Source of the DNA: Candidatus Latescibacterota bacterium
GTDB taxonomy: Bacteria > Latescibacterota > UBA2968 > GCA-2709665
Direction of reading: 5' to 3'
Assembly (NCBI GenBank): GCA_965219455.1
Contig: OZ244744.1
Location: 4,160,001-4,224,000, forward strand
Length of the DNA: 64,000 nucleotides
Of this stretch, positions 48,603-58,606 are shown one piece after another. The notes beneath the pieces are model-generated. The model did not search any database. It was given only the letters and a program-made list of their open reading frames with translations, and was not told where the DNA came from. Position 1 is the stretch's first letter. Each line of letters starts with the position of its first letter. The translations under genes were made by a program, and so were the position numbers.

Positions 48603-49898
48603 CTATATATCTACTTCAACCCGCTTGAGGGCCTCCTCAGCGGCCTCCAGTGTCCGGTCGATGTCCGCCTCGGTGTGGGCAAGCGAAAAATAGATCTTAC
48701 TGCCCGGGTTGAAGAAGATGCCACGTTTGATCATTTCAATGCCGAATTGCTTGGCGGCACCTGCGTCGGCTCTCAGTGTGTCGGCGTAGTTTCGGATTTC
48801 GATATCCGCGAAATAGGGCTGCAGGACCGGTCCTTCGCCCAGGACTTGAAGGGGCAGCCCCGCCCGTGCGCCGAGTGCTTCCAGGCCGTTCCTTAGACGT
48901 GCGGGGATTTCGTAGAGCCGTGTGTAGACGCCGTCGGTTTCCAGTACGTCTAACGTTGCCAGGCCGGCGGCGGCGCTGACGGGGTTCCCATTAGTGGTGC
49001 CGCTCACAAAGGCATACGGCGCGTTCCCTTTACGGCGGGGGTCGGCGAATGAGAGGATATCCGCGCGCCCACAGACGGCGGCCATCGGATACCCACCGCT
49101 AATCGTCTTTCCGTAGACGGCGACGTCCGGTACGACGCCGTAGCGCTCCTGTGCGCCGCCCCAGGCGATGCGGAAGCCGGTAACGACTTCGTCGAAAATG
49201 AGGATGGTGCCGTGGGTGCTTGAAGCTTGCCGGATGGCTTCCAGAAAGCCGGGTTCGGGCCTAAGGGCGCGTTGAAAGGGTTCGACGATAACGGCCGCCA
49301 GGTCGTCTGCGTAGGACGCGATGAGTTCTTCGGCGACGTTGGCATCGTTGAAAGGGGCGACCAGAACCGATTGGCCGACGGTTTTGGGTATGCCGTGGGA
49401 GTCGGGGACGGGCAAAGGACCGTCCGTGGGCTTCGGCGGTGTCGTGCTCTGCTGGGCGTAGTCGTGGGCTCCGTGCCAGCCGCCCTCGAATTTCAGGATC
49501 TTCTCGCGGCCGGTGAACGCCCGCGCCATTCGCAGCGCGGAAAAAGTACCTTCGGTGCCCGAGGAGGTGAAGCGGATGGATTCCCCGCAGGGCGAGGCTT
49601 CAACGATGCGCTCGGCCAGCCGGATGATGGGTTCGTTGAGCGCGTAGAAGGTCGAGCCCAGCGCAACCTGGCGTTGGACGGCTTCGACCACAGCGGGGTG
49701 GGCGTGGCCCAGGATGAGCGGGCCGGATCCGAGGACGTAGTCGATATACTCCCGGCCTTCGGTGTCGTAGATCCGGCAACCGTTTCCGCGCCGGATCACG
49801 GTTGCGACTTCGTCCGGCATCCGAAAGCTGCCCAGACAGCCGCCGGCAAGGTAGCGGTCGGCCTTTTCAAGCAGATCTCGCATCGGCTTGTTTTCCAT
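48603..49898 (-). CDS. Class III PLP aminotransferase (GSA-aminomutase-like)
   Basis: 'EYIDYVLGSGPLILGH', 'SGTE', 'KFEGGWHG', 'IFDEVVTGFR', 'YGKTISGG', 'SGTTNGNP'; start at 49898 or 49883. Confidence 0.9.
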   Translation of the reverse strand: MENKPMRDLLEKADRYLAGGCLGSFRMPDEVATVIRRGNGCRIYDTEGREYIDYVLGSGPLILGHAHPAVVEAVQRQVALGSTFYALNEPIIRLAERIVEASPCGESIRFTSSGTEGTFSALRMARAFTGREKILKFEGGWHGAHDYAQQSTTPPKPTDGPLPVPDSHGIPKTVGQSVLVAPFNDANVAEELIASYADDLAAVIVEPFQRALRPEPGFLEAIRQASSTHGTILIFDEVVTGFRIAWGGAQERYGVVPDVAVYGKTISGGYPMAAVCGRADILSFADPRRKGNAPYAFVSGTTNGNPVSAAAGLATLDVLETDGVYTRLYEIPARLRNGLEALGARAGLPLQVLGEGPVLQPYFADIEIRNYADTLRADAGAAKQFGIEMIKRGIFFNPGSKIYFSLAHTEADIDRTLEAAEEALKRVEVDI

Positions 49899-50187
49899 TG
49901 GACGTTCCCAGGGTACCATGGAAGAGGGGTCGGGGCGGCGTCTGACGGCTCCATAAGATATCGCTGTGCAGGCGATCTGTCACGTTCTTTCGCAGTGTGT
50001 CTGAAAGCGAAGGGGTCTACAATATCCAATAAGCAAATCTACAGACAGTTGTTTCAGTACAATGAGATGCATTCATTGAACCGGGTGTGAGGCGTCAATC
50101 CCGGGGCGCGCATGGAGTGGCGCTTCCGGCATGTGCAACCTCGCATCGCATTCCGACGACCCGATAGGTAAGGCAACGGAGGCAGGT

Positions 50188-51552
50188 ATGACAAGGGGTA
50201 GTTCAGAAATACCTAACGTGGTGGTTTTTTATACCGATCAACAACGATGGGATACAACCGGCGTTCACGGGAACCCCATGGATCTGACACCCAATTTCGA
50301 CCGGATGGCACAGCGGGGCACCCATGTATTCAATTCATTTACGTGCCAGCCCGTCTGTGGTCCCGCGCGATCCTGTCTGCAGACCGGGTTGTATGCGACG
50401 ACAACGGGGTGCTTTCGCAATGGAATCCCTCTGCCCCCGGATAGTCGGACCCTGGCACACCACTTCAGAGACGCCGGTTACCGCACGGCATATATCGGCA
50501 AGTGGCATCTGTACGGTCGGGGAGCGACCGGACCGGTACCACGGGAGGGACGTGGAGGCTACGAATACTGGCTGGCGTCGAACGTGCTCGAATTCACGTC
50601 GGAGGCCTACCGGACGATCCTGTACGACAACGAGGGAGAGCCGGTGGACCTGCCGGGATATCGGGTCGATGCGGTAACGGATGCGGCCATCCGGTATATT
50701 CACGCGAATAGGGAACGTCCGTTTTTTCTGTTTGTATCCTATATCGAACCCCACCACCAGAACCATATCGACGATTATCCGGCGCCGGATGGTTACCGGG
50801 AACGGTATAGCGGCGGGTGGATACCGCCTGATCTGGCGTCACTGGGCGGATCGGCCCATCGCCATCTCGGTGGTTATTACGGGATGGTGAAGCGGCTGGA
50901 TGAGGCACTGGGGAGGATGCTGGACGCGCTGAAGAGTACGGGCATGACGGAACGGACGGTCGTGATGTTTACGTCGGACCACGGTTGCCACTTCAAGACT
51001 CGGAACGCCGAGTACAAACGGTCCTGCCACGAGAGTTCGATTCGGGTGCCTACGGCTCTTCAGGGGCCGGGATTTGACGGCGGGGGGCGTATCTCTGATT
51101 TGGTGAACACGATCGACCTGACGCCTACCCTTCTGGATGCGGCAGGGATTCCGGTGCCCGGAGAGATGCAGGGGAGTTCGATCCTGCCGCTGACCGTCGG
51201 GGACAACGGGGGGTGGCCCGAGGAGACGTTTGTGCAGATCAGCGAGGCGCAGGTCGGACGGGCCGTGCGCACCCACAGGTGGAAGTACGGCGTGAATGCG
51301 CCGGGACGCCACGGTGCGCAACACGCGGGGTCGGATCGGTACATCGAACAATATCTGTACGACCTGGAGGCAGACCCGTACGAACTGTGCAACCTTATCG
51401 GCATGACCTCACATGGGGAGGTGGCTGAGATAATGAGGCAGAGGCTGCTTCGCCGAATGGTTGAAGCCGGCGAGGAGGCGCCGGACGTCCAAACGGCTGA
51501 AGTCAGGGAAAACGGACAGCGACGGGTGTCGCCGATTGAAGCACGAAGCTGA
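50188..51552 (+). CDS. Cys-type sulfatase
   Basis: 'PNVVVFYTDQQR', 'VCGPARSCLQTG' (CxPxR), 'YIGKWHL', 'SDHG'; ATG at 50188 after GGAGG. Confidence 0.92.
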   Translation: MTRGSSEIPNVVVFYTDQQRWDTTGVHGNPMDLTPNFDRMAQRGTHVFNSFTCQPVCGPARSCLQTGLYATTTGCFRNGIPLPPDSRTLAHHFRDAGYRTAYIGKWHLYGRGATGPVPREGRGGYEYWLASNVLEFTSEAYRTILYDNEGEPVDLPGYRVDAVTDAAIRYIHANRERPFFLFVSYIEPHHQNHIDDYPAPDGYRERYSGGWIPPDLASLGGSAHRHLGGYYGMVKRLDEALGRMLDALKSTGMTERTVVMFTSDHGCHFKTRNAEYKRSCHESSIRVPTALQGPGFDGGGRISDLVNTIDLTPTLLDAAGIPVPGEMQGSSILPLTVGDNGGWPEETFVQISEAQVGRAVRTHRWKYGVNAPGRHGAQHAGSDRYIEQYLYDLEADPYELCNLIGMTSHGEVAEIMRQRLLRRMVEAGEEAPDVQTAEVRENGQRRVSPIEARS

Positions 51553-51601
51553 TTCTGCTTAGTATTAGAACCGTGATGAGGAACGGAGTAATGCGGCCGA
51601 C

Positions 51602-51630
51602 TCTGTCTCGACACGTAGCGTTGAGACAGA
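51602..51630. terminator. Hairpin between convergent sulfatase and thiC genes
   Basis: TCTGTCTCGAC-7 nt-GTTGAGACAGA stem with one G-T pair; flanking U-tracts are weak. Confidence 0.4.
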
Positions 51631-51681
51631 TGAAATTTATTACGGTCTCTGACGGAGAATCGGTCGATCACCCGACGATAT

Positions 51682-53436
<1,755 letters not shown>

Positions 53437-53446
53437 CTAGGAGCAT

Positions 53447-53483
53447 AAAGCACAAAGGGCCGCCCCCCTGGTAGGGAACGGCC
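53447..53483 (-). terminator. Riboswitch-controlled intrinsic terminator hairpin
   Basis: Minus strand GGCCGTTCCCT-ACC-AGGGGGGCGGCC followed by CTTTGTGCTTT. Confidence 0.6.
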
Positions 53484-53508
53484 TCTTGATTGGCTGCAAG
53501 ACCTTTAT

Positions 53509-53583
53509 TCCGCTTCCCTACGCTGGCATAATCCAGATCAGGTTCCAAGGGTATGATCTCAGCCGTTCGGCACCCCACGCGGA
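53509..53583 (-). ncRNA. TPP riboswitch
   Basis: Minus strand ...GGGGTGC...GCTGAGAT-CATACCCTTGGAACCTGATCTGGATTATGCCAGCGTAGGGAAGCGGA, the TPP consensus, directly upstream of thiC. Confidence 0.95.
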
Positions 53584-53594
53584 TCTTACTATAC

Positions 53595-53623
53595 AAGATA
53601 TAGGGGAAAAAGAAATCTGTCAA
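53595..53623 (-). promoter_or_regulatory. Sigma70-like promoter for the riboswitch-thiC unit
   Basis: TTGACA (53623-53618), 17-nt spacer, TATCTT (53600-53595), about 12 nt upstream of the aptamer. Confidence 0.7.
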
Positions 53624-54504
53624 GGATGGAATTGCAGATCCGTCTGAGGACGCATCCGGACTTCGACTTCGAGCCGCGTCTTACCGCCGCCCTGACGGAC
53701 GCCGCGGGTGGGAGAGATGTCCAAATAGTCGCGTCCGATCGCGATCCGGACGTGTCGTTCGTCGGCAAGGCTCTGGTTGGTCGGATCGAAGCCCACCCAG
53801 CCGAGTTCCGGCAGCAGACACTCAACCCACGCGTGGGTGGCATTACTCCAAGCCTGGCCGTCGGGAGAGCCGGAGACGTAGAGATAGCCCGAGACATAGC
53901 GGGCGGGAACGCCCCAGGAGCGCGCGACCGCGATCATCACGTGGGCATAGTCCTGGCAGACTCCCCGGCCCGAATTCAGAATTTGCTCAATTGGAGACGC
54001 GGCCGATGTGCTTCCCGGAGCGTACTGAAATCTGCTGTGCAGTGTGTCTGAAAGTCTGATCAGGTCCCTGAGTGGGTCGTTTCCACGTGAAATGCCGTTC
54101 TTGTCCGTGAAATCGGCGAGTGCCGGCGACGGCTTCGCCATCGCACTGGGATGCATAAAGTCCCAATGTAGAAATGAAGCCTTCCAGGCGTCAATCTCCG
54201 TCCACGCGGCGGCTCCGAGTCCGGAAGGAAGCGACCTGAAGGGAGCCGGTCTTACGGTCGAGTGTGTGGCAATCTCCAGCGCTTCGTGCTCCCGGTGGAT
54301 GTTTAGAACGTGCCGCGTATTGCCAAAAGGATCCTTTTCGTCGTTTACGGCGCTCGGCGGTTTCGTTTCGATCTCGAAACGACCGAGTTGCTGACCCCCA
54401 TTTTCGAGCGGCTTCAGGCAAAGCAACATGACGCATTGCCGCGCGGGGGATTCGTACTGGTAGCGTGAGACGTGCCTGATTTCGTACTGGATGTTTCCGG
54501 ACAC
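53620..54504 (-). CDS. Transglutaminase-like protein (Bact_transglu_N plus core)
   Basis: 'YEIRHVSRYQY', 'DPFGN', catalytic 'GVCQDYAH', 'THAWVE', 'GFDPTN', 'GRDY'. Confidence 0.92.
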   Translation of the reverse strand: MSGNIQYEIRHVSRYQYESPARQCVMLLCLKPLENGGQQLGRFEIETKPPSAVNDEKDPFGNTRHVLNIHREHEALEIATHSTVRPAPFRSLPSGLGAAAWTEIDAWKASFLHWDFMHPSAMAKPSPALADFTDKNGISRGNDPLRDLIRLSDTLHSRFQYAPGSTSAASPIEQILNSGRGVCQDYAHVMIAVARSWGVPARYVSGYLYVSGSPDGQAWSNATHAWVECLLPELGWVGFDPTNQSLADERHVRIAIGRDYLDISPTRGVRQGGGKTRLEVEVRMRPQTDLQFHP

Positions 54505-54524
54505 GGTATGAGCACACCCGGGAA

Positions 54525-55508
54525 TCAGTCAACGACGGCGTAATCGATATAGGCGGCGGTCACAAGATCATGCAATTCCCGGCAGTAATCCATGAGGTTT
54601 TCGAGGAGGGCCTCATGGTCTTCGCGATCGGGCCAATCGTAATGGATCAGTGCGCACATACGTCTGGCCAGGCGCAAAGCTACAGCACTGGAATGCTCAT
54701 CGGACCCGGGACCGATGGCGTTGAGTTCCGCAGCCACCGCGTCGAGTGAGTAGCATAGAGAGCCGTGTAGAAGAGGGTCGGTGACGAGCAGATCGAGGAC
54801 CCGGGGCGGCTGAACGTCGACGCTATAATTGCGGCCGTAAGCATCAAACGCCTGGCAGACGTGCAAGAGGTTCGTCCAGTCCGCGTCGGAGGACTCGTCC
54901 ATCAGCTTGTCCATGGAGAGTTGAGAAAGAAACAACGAAGCCGAGCTCTGGGCGCGTTCGATACAACGCCCGAGTCGCAGGAAATGCCACCCTTCGTCGC
55001 GATACATCGTTGCTTCCGCCACGCCGGCAAACGTGTTGATGTCACCTGCCGTTTCTGCATAAAAGCTCTCCGGGGAGGTCTTCCAGATATCCCGAATGCT
55101 CAGCTTCCGGAGCCGCAGATACGCCAGGTTCAGACAGGTCCACATCTCCCCGCTGATGCAGTGGCGCATCTGCCGCGCATTCTCACGGCCGAGGGAGAAA
55201 CAATTCCAGACGGAATCCGGATTTGTGCGCTCGAAAGTGAGATCGTCGGCCAGCGTGTAGGAATCGGCCAGCGTGAAATCGTCGTTCCCGACCATCGCGA
55301 TGCTACCGCCGGGAGGCCGCCGATTCAGGCCCATGTAGATTCGACTCCATCCGAAATAGATCTCCCGGATTGGCCGATCAACCAGCGCTTCCACCTGAAA
55401 TCGCAGCAGGCGGCAGAGATGTTCCGCCCGGTCCAGGTAGCGGCCCATCCAATAAAGGCCCTGCGCGCTGCGCGAGAGGAGTCTGGGATTTCCAGGATTC
55501 GTTGTCAT
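54525..55508 (-). CDS. Alpha-E domain protein
   Basis: 'LLSRSAQGLYWMGRYLDRAE', 'RENARQMR..IS.EMW', 'RDEGWHFLRLGRCIERA'; TGATG overlap with amt. Confidence 0.92.
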   Translation of the reverse strand: MTTNPGNPRLLSRSAQGLYWMGRYLDRAEHLCRLLRFQVEALVDRPIREIYFGWSRIYMGLNRRPPGGSIAMVGNDDFTLADSYTLADDLTFERTNPDSVWNCFSLGRENARQMRHCISGEMWTCLNLAYLRLRKLSIRDIWKTSPESFYAETAGDINTFAGVAEATMYRDEGWHFLRLGRCIERAQSSASLFLSQLSMDKLMDESSDADWTNLLHVCQAFDAYGRNYSVDVQPPRVLDLLVTDPLLHGSLCYSLDAVAAELNAIGPGSDEHSSAVALRLARRMCALIHYDWPDREDHEALLENLMDYCRELHDLVTAAYIDYAVVD

Positions 55509-56893
55509 CAATCCTCATCAGCTTCTTCCGGTGTGAGTACGAATTCGGGGTATGCCTCCATTCTCAGTTCCCCCACATCCTGCCCCAGCCGCTCGACCTT
55601 GTCGGACACGCGGACGCTCAGGGTCGCGTCCAAAAGGCGCCACAATACCCACGAAGTCAAAAACACGAACGCGCCAACCGCTACGATACCCAATAGTTGG
55701 ACGCCGAAGTTGCCGCCTGCGGCGATGCAGACCGCCAGCGTTCCCCAGATGCCGGCGAAGAGGTGGGCAGGTACCGCACCGACGACGTCGTCGATTTTCA
55801 ACCTCTCCAGCAGCCGGATTCCCAGCGTGCAGAAGATGGCGCCCACGCCGCCGATAATAATCGCCCAATAATGTTGGACGATGTCGGGACCGGCAGTTAT
55901 TGACACCAGCCCCGCAATCGCTCCGTTCAGGCTGGCGAACAGGTCCATTCGGCCGAGGATGGGTTTGGAAACGACAAGCGCTACCACCACGCCGGCAGAC
56001 GCCGCGAGATTCGTGTTGACCAGCACATGGCTCATAGCCACCGCATCGGCGGCGCTCCCCAACGCCAACTGCGACCCGCCGTTGAAACCGAGCCAACCAA
56101 ACCAGAGGATGAACACGCCCAGCGTTACCGCGACGATATTGGACGGCGGGGTGGCCTTTATTGAGCCGTCTTTCCGGAATTTCCCCAACCTTGGCCCTAC
56201 CACCAGTGCGCCCGCAAGCGCCGCCCATCCGCCGGTGCTGTGAACAATGGTCGAGCCGGCGAAATCCTTGAATCCCATTGCACTCAACCACCCTTCGCCC
56301 CAGGTCCAGGCGCCCACCACGGGGTAGATGACAGCCGTCAGGACCAGCGTGAACAAAAAGAAGGACCACATCCTGACCCGTTCCGCCAACGCGCCGGAGA
56401 CAATCGAGGCGGCCGTCGCCACAAAAACCATCTGGAAGAACCAGTCGGACATGGTGGAATATTTGTTGGCGATAACCTTGGCCTTCGCCGTTTCCTGACC
56501 CGCTACGAGGGCGAGATCGGCGGCAGACGGACCGTAGAGGAGTTTAAATGAGCCGATGAACTTCCCGACTTCCGTATACATCAAATTGTAACCGATGAAG
56601 TAATAGGCGAGCCCCGCTATCGAGTAAAGACCTATGTTCTTCATGCAGATCATCCCGGCGTTCTTGGTGCGCACCGAACCGGATTCGAGCATTGTGAACC
56701 CGGCACACATCCACATAATCAGCGCGCCCCAGATCAGAAACGCGAAGGTGTTGAAGACGAACATGGTCTCCTGGTCAATCGCCGCATACGCGGCGGTGGT
56801 CCCGCAAAGCAGACAGCCGAGCACCAGCAGAGCGATTCTCCCCGAGGAACCGCCGACGCGCTTGTGAAATGGAACTTTCGTGGAACCTTTCAT
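55508..56893 (-). CDS. amt: Ammonium transporter (Amt family)
   Basis: 'AGFTMLESG.VR.KN', 'FQMVF', 'DFAGSTIVH', 'LWFGWLGFNGGS', 'DDVVGAVPAH' (twin His intact). Confidence 0.95.
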   Translation of the reverse strand: MKGSTKVPFHKRVGGSSGRIALLVLGCLLCGTTAAYAAIDQETMFVFNTFAFLIWGALIMWMCAGFTMLESGSVRTKNAGMICMKNIGLYSIAGLAYYFIGYNLMYTEVGKFIGSFKLLYGPSAADLALVAGQETAKAKVIANKYSTMSDWFFQMVFVATAASIVSGALAERVRMWSFFLFTLVLTAVIYPVVGAWTWGEGWLSAMGFKDFAGSTIVHSTGGWAALAGALVVGPRLGKFRKDGSIKATPPSNIVAVTLGVFILWFGWLGFNGGSQLALGSAADAVAMSHVLVNTNLAASAGVVVALVVSKPILGRMDLFASLNGAIAGLVSITAGPDIVQHYWAIIIGGVGAIFCTLGIRLLERLKIDDVVGAVPAHLFAGIWGTLAVCIAAGGNFGVQLLGIVAVGAFVFLTSWVLWRLLDATLSVRVSDKVERLGQDVGELRMEAYPEFVLTPEEADED

Positions 56894-56967
56894 GCCTTCT
56901 CCTTTCGTGGTTTTTCCACAACGATGAGATGCGTGGTCTACCTGACAGATGTCACGAATGCGTCTGC

Positions 56968-58401
56968 TCAGTTTCCCAGGACCCAGAGGTCTTTGCCGCC
57001 GCCGCCCTGACTGGAATTCACGACGAGGCTGCCTCGGCGCAAGGCGACACGGCAGAATGCCCCGGGCACGATTCGCGTCTCCCTCCCGTGCAGCACAAAT
57101 GGACGCAGGTCAACGTGCCGCGGCTCAAACCGGTCGTCGGCAAGACACGGCGCACGCGACAGCGGCAGGACCGGTTGCGAAATGAAGTCAGCCGGGTTGG
57201 CGCGCAACTGCGTGGCGTACTCCCGGCGTTCCGTCGGTGTGGCGTGGGGGCCGACCAGCATGCCGTAACCGCCAGACTCTCCGACACGCTTTACAACCAG
57301 TTTTTCGAGGTTGTCGAGTGTGTACTCGAGGTCTTCCGGCCTGCGGCACAGGTAGGTCTCTACGTTGGCCAGAACGGGCTCTTCACCCAGGTAGTAGCGT
57401 ATCATGTCGTGAACGTAGGCATAGACGCTCTTGTCGTCGGCCACACCTGTTCCGGGCGCGTTCACGAGGGTCACATTGCCAAGTTTGTAGGCGTGCAATA
57501 TGCCAGGTACACCAAGCAGCGAATCCGCGCGAAAGACGAGGGGATCGAGAAAGTCGTCGTCGACACGTCGGTAAATCACGTCGACGCGCCGGAGGCCGGT
57601 GGTGTTGCGCATGTAGACAAAACCGTCGTTCACGAGGAGATCCCGACCCTCTACCAGTGCAGCTCCAATCTCGCGGGCCAAAAACATGTGTTCGTAGAAA
57701 GCCGAATTGTAGACGCCAGGCGTCAGCAGCACGATGCATGGGTCGGACCGCCCCCCCGGAGCAAGCTCTACAAGGGTTTCGCGCAGCAACCTGCCGTAGT
57801 GTTCCACATCCTGTACGCGCGAACGTCTGTAAAGGCGGCGAAGACTTGCCTTCACCGCTTTGCGGTTCGCTACCATATACGAGACACCCGACGGAACGCG
57901 AAGGTTGTCTTCAAGTACAAGAAAGCCGTCGTTGGTGCGCACGAGGTCGGTTCCGCAGATGGATACCCAGGCGCCATGAGGAGGAGAGGCGCCACGCATT
58001 TCGACCCTGTATTGCGGACAGCCCCTTACCATGTCCCTCGGAATGACACCGTCTTCGATGATGCGTGCGTCATTATATATATCTTGAAGAAAGCGATTCA
58101 GGGCGGCGAGGCGCTGTGTGAGGCCCTTGACGAGCTGGCGCCACTCGGCGCCCGATAAAATCCTCGGAAGGCAGTCGACGGGAATGATGCGTTCAGTGGC
58201 CTCCTCATCGTCGTAAACGGTAAAGGTGATGCCTTCATTTGAAAACGAGCGCGTTACCCGTTCCTGGATGCTTGATAGTTCCTCCACCGAGAGCTCGCTC
58301 AGCGCTTCGAAAAGCGGACGGCAATGCTCCCTGGGAGTACCGTCCGAAAGGAACATCTCGTCGTAAATGGCTGGATCAAGGCCGTAGGTATCAAATTCCA
58401 T
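56968..58401 (-). CDS. Circularly permuted ATP-grasp type 2 protein
   Basis: 'GITFTVY', 'VLEDNLRVPSGVSY', 'TPGVYNSAFYEH', 'YRRVDDDFLDP', 'GTGVADDK', 'SGGYG', 'VVNSSQGGGGKD.WV'. Confidence 0.95.
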   Translation of the reverse strand: MEFDTYGLDPAIYDEMFLSDGTPREHCRPLFEALSELSVEELSSIQERVTRSFSNEGITFTVYDDEEATERIIPVDCLPRILSGAEWRQLVKGLTQRLAALNRFLQDIYNDARIIEDGVIPRDMVRGCPQYRVEMRGASPPHGAWVSICGTDLVRTNDGFLVLEDNLRVPSGVSYMVANRKAVKASLRRLYRRSRVQDVEHYGRLLRETLVELAPGGRSDPCIVLLTPGVYNSAFYEHMFLAREIGAALVEGRDLLVNDGFVYMRNTTGLRRVDVIYRRVDDDFLDPLVFRADSLLGVPGILHAYKLGNVTLVNAPGTGVADDKSVYAYVHDMIRYYLGEEPVLANVETYLCRRPEDLEYTLDNLEKLVVKRVGESGGYGMLVGPHATPTERREYATQLRANPADFISQPVLPLSRAPCLADDRFEPRHVDLRPFVLHGRETRIVPGAFCRVALRRGSLVVNSSQGGGGKDLWVLGN

Positions 58402-58606
58402 GGCAACAGTGTATGTGATTGCAGCTTCGTTTTGATAAGAGCAGCGTTACGTGCCGAAAGAACGGGTTAAGTCTTGCCCAGCAGCCTGCTCGATGCCCAT
58501 GTTCGGCAGATGACCGCGGCCGAGAGTGCGGATCCTGTCGCGTCGATAGGAACCAGGCGATCTCATAGGTCCGCAAACGGGGCTGCGCGGGTTTCTCGTA
58601 ATGACT

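Noticed and set aside
50060-50078. CAATGA-N7-TCATTG inverted repeat in the divergent aminotransferase/sulfatase gap
   Set aside because: Only 6-bp arms, a single copy and no adjacent regulator; could be chance.
58438-58458. Sigma54-like promoter (CGGCACGTAACGCTGC, minus strand) upstream of the ATP-grasp/amt operon
   Set aside because: GG-to-GC spacing is 11 nt rather than the strictly required 10.
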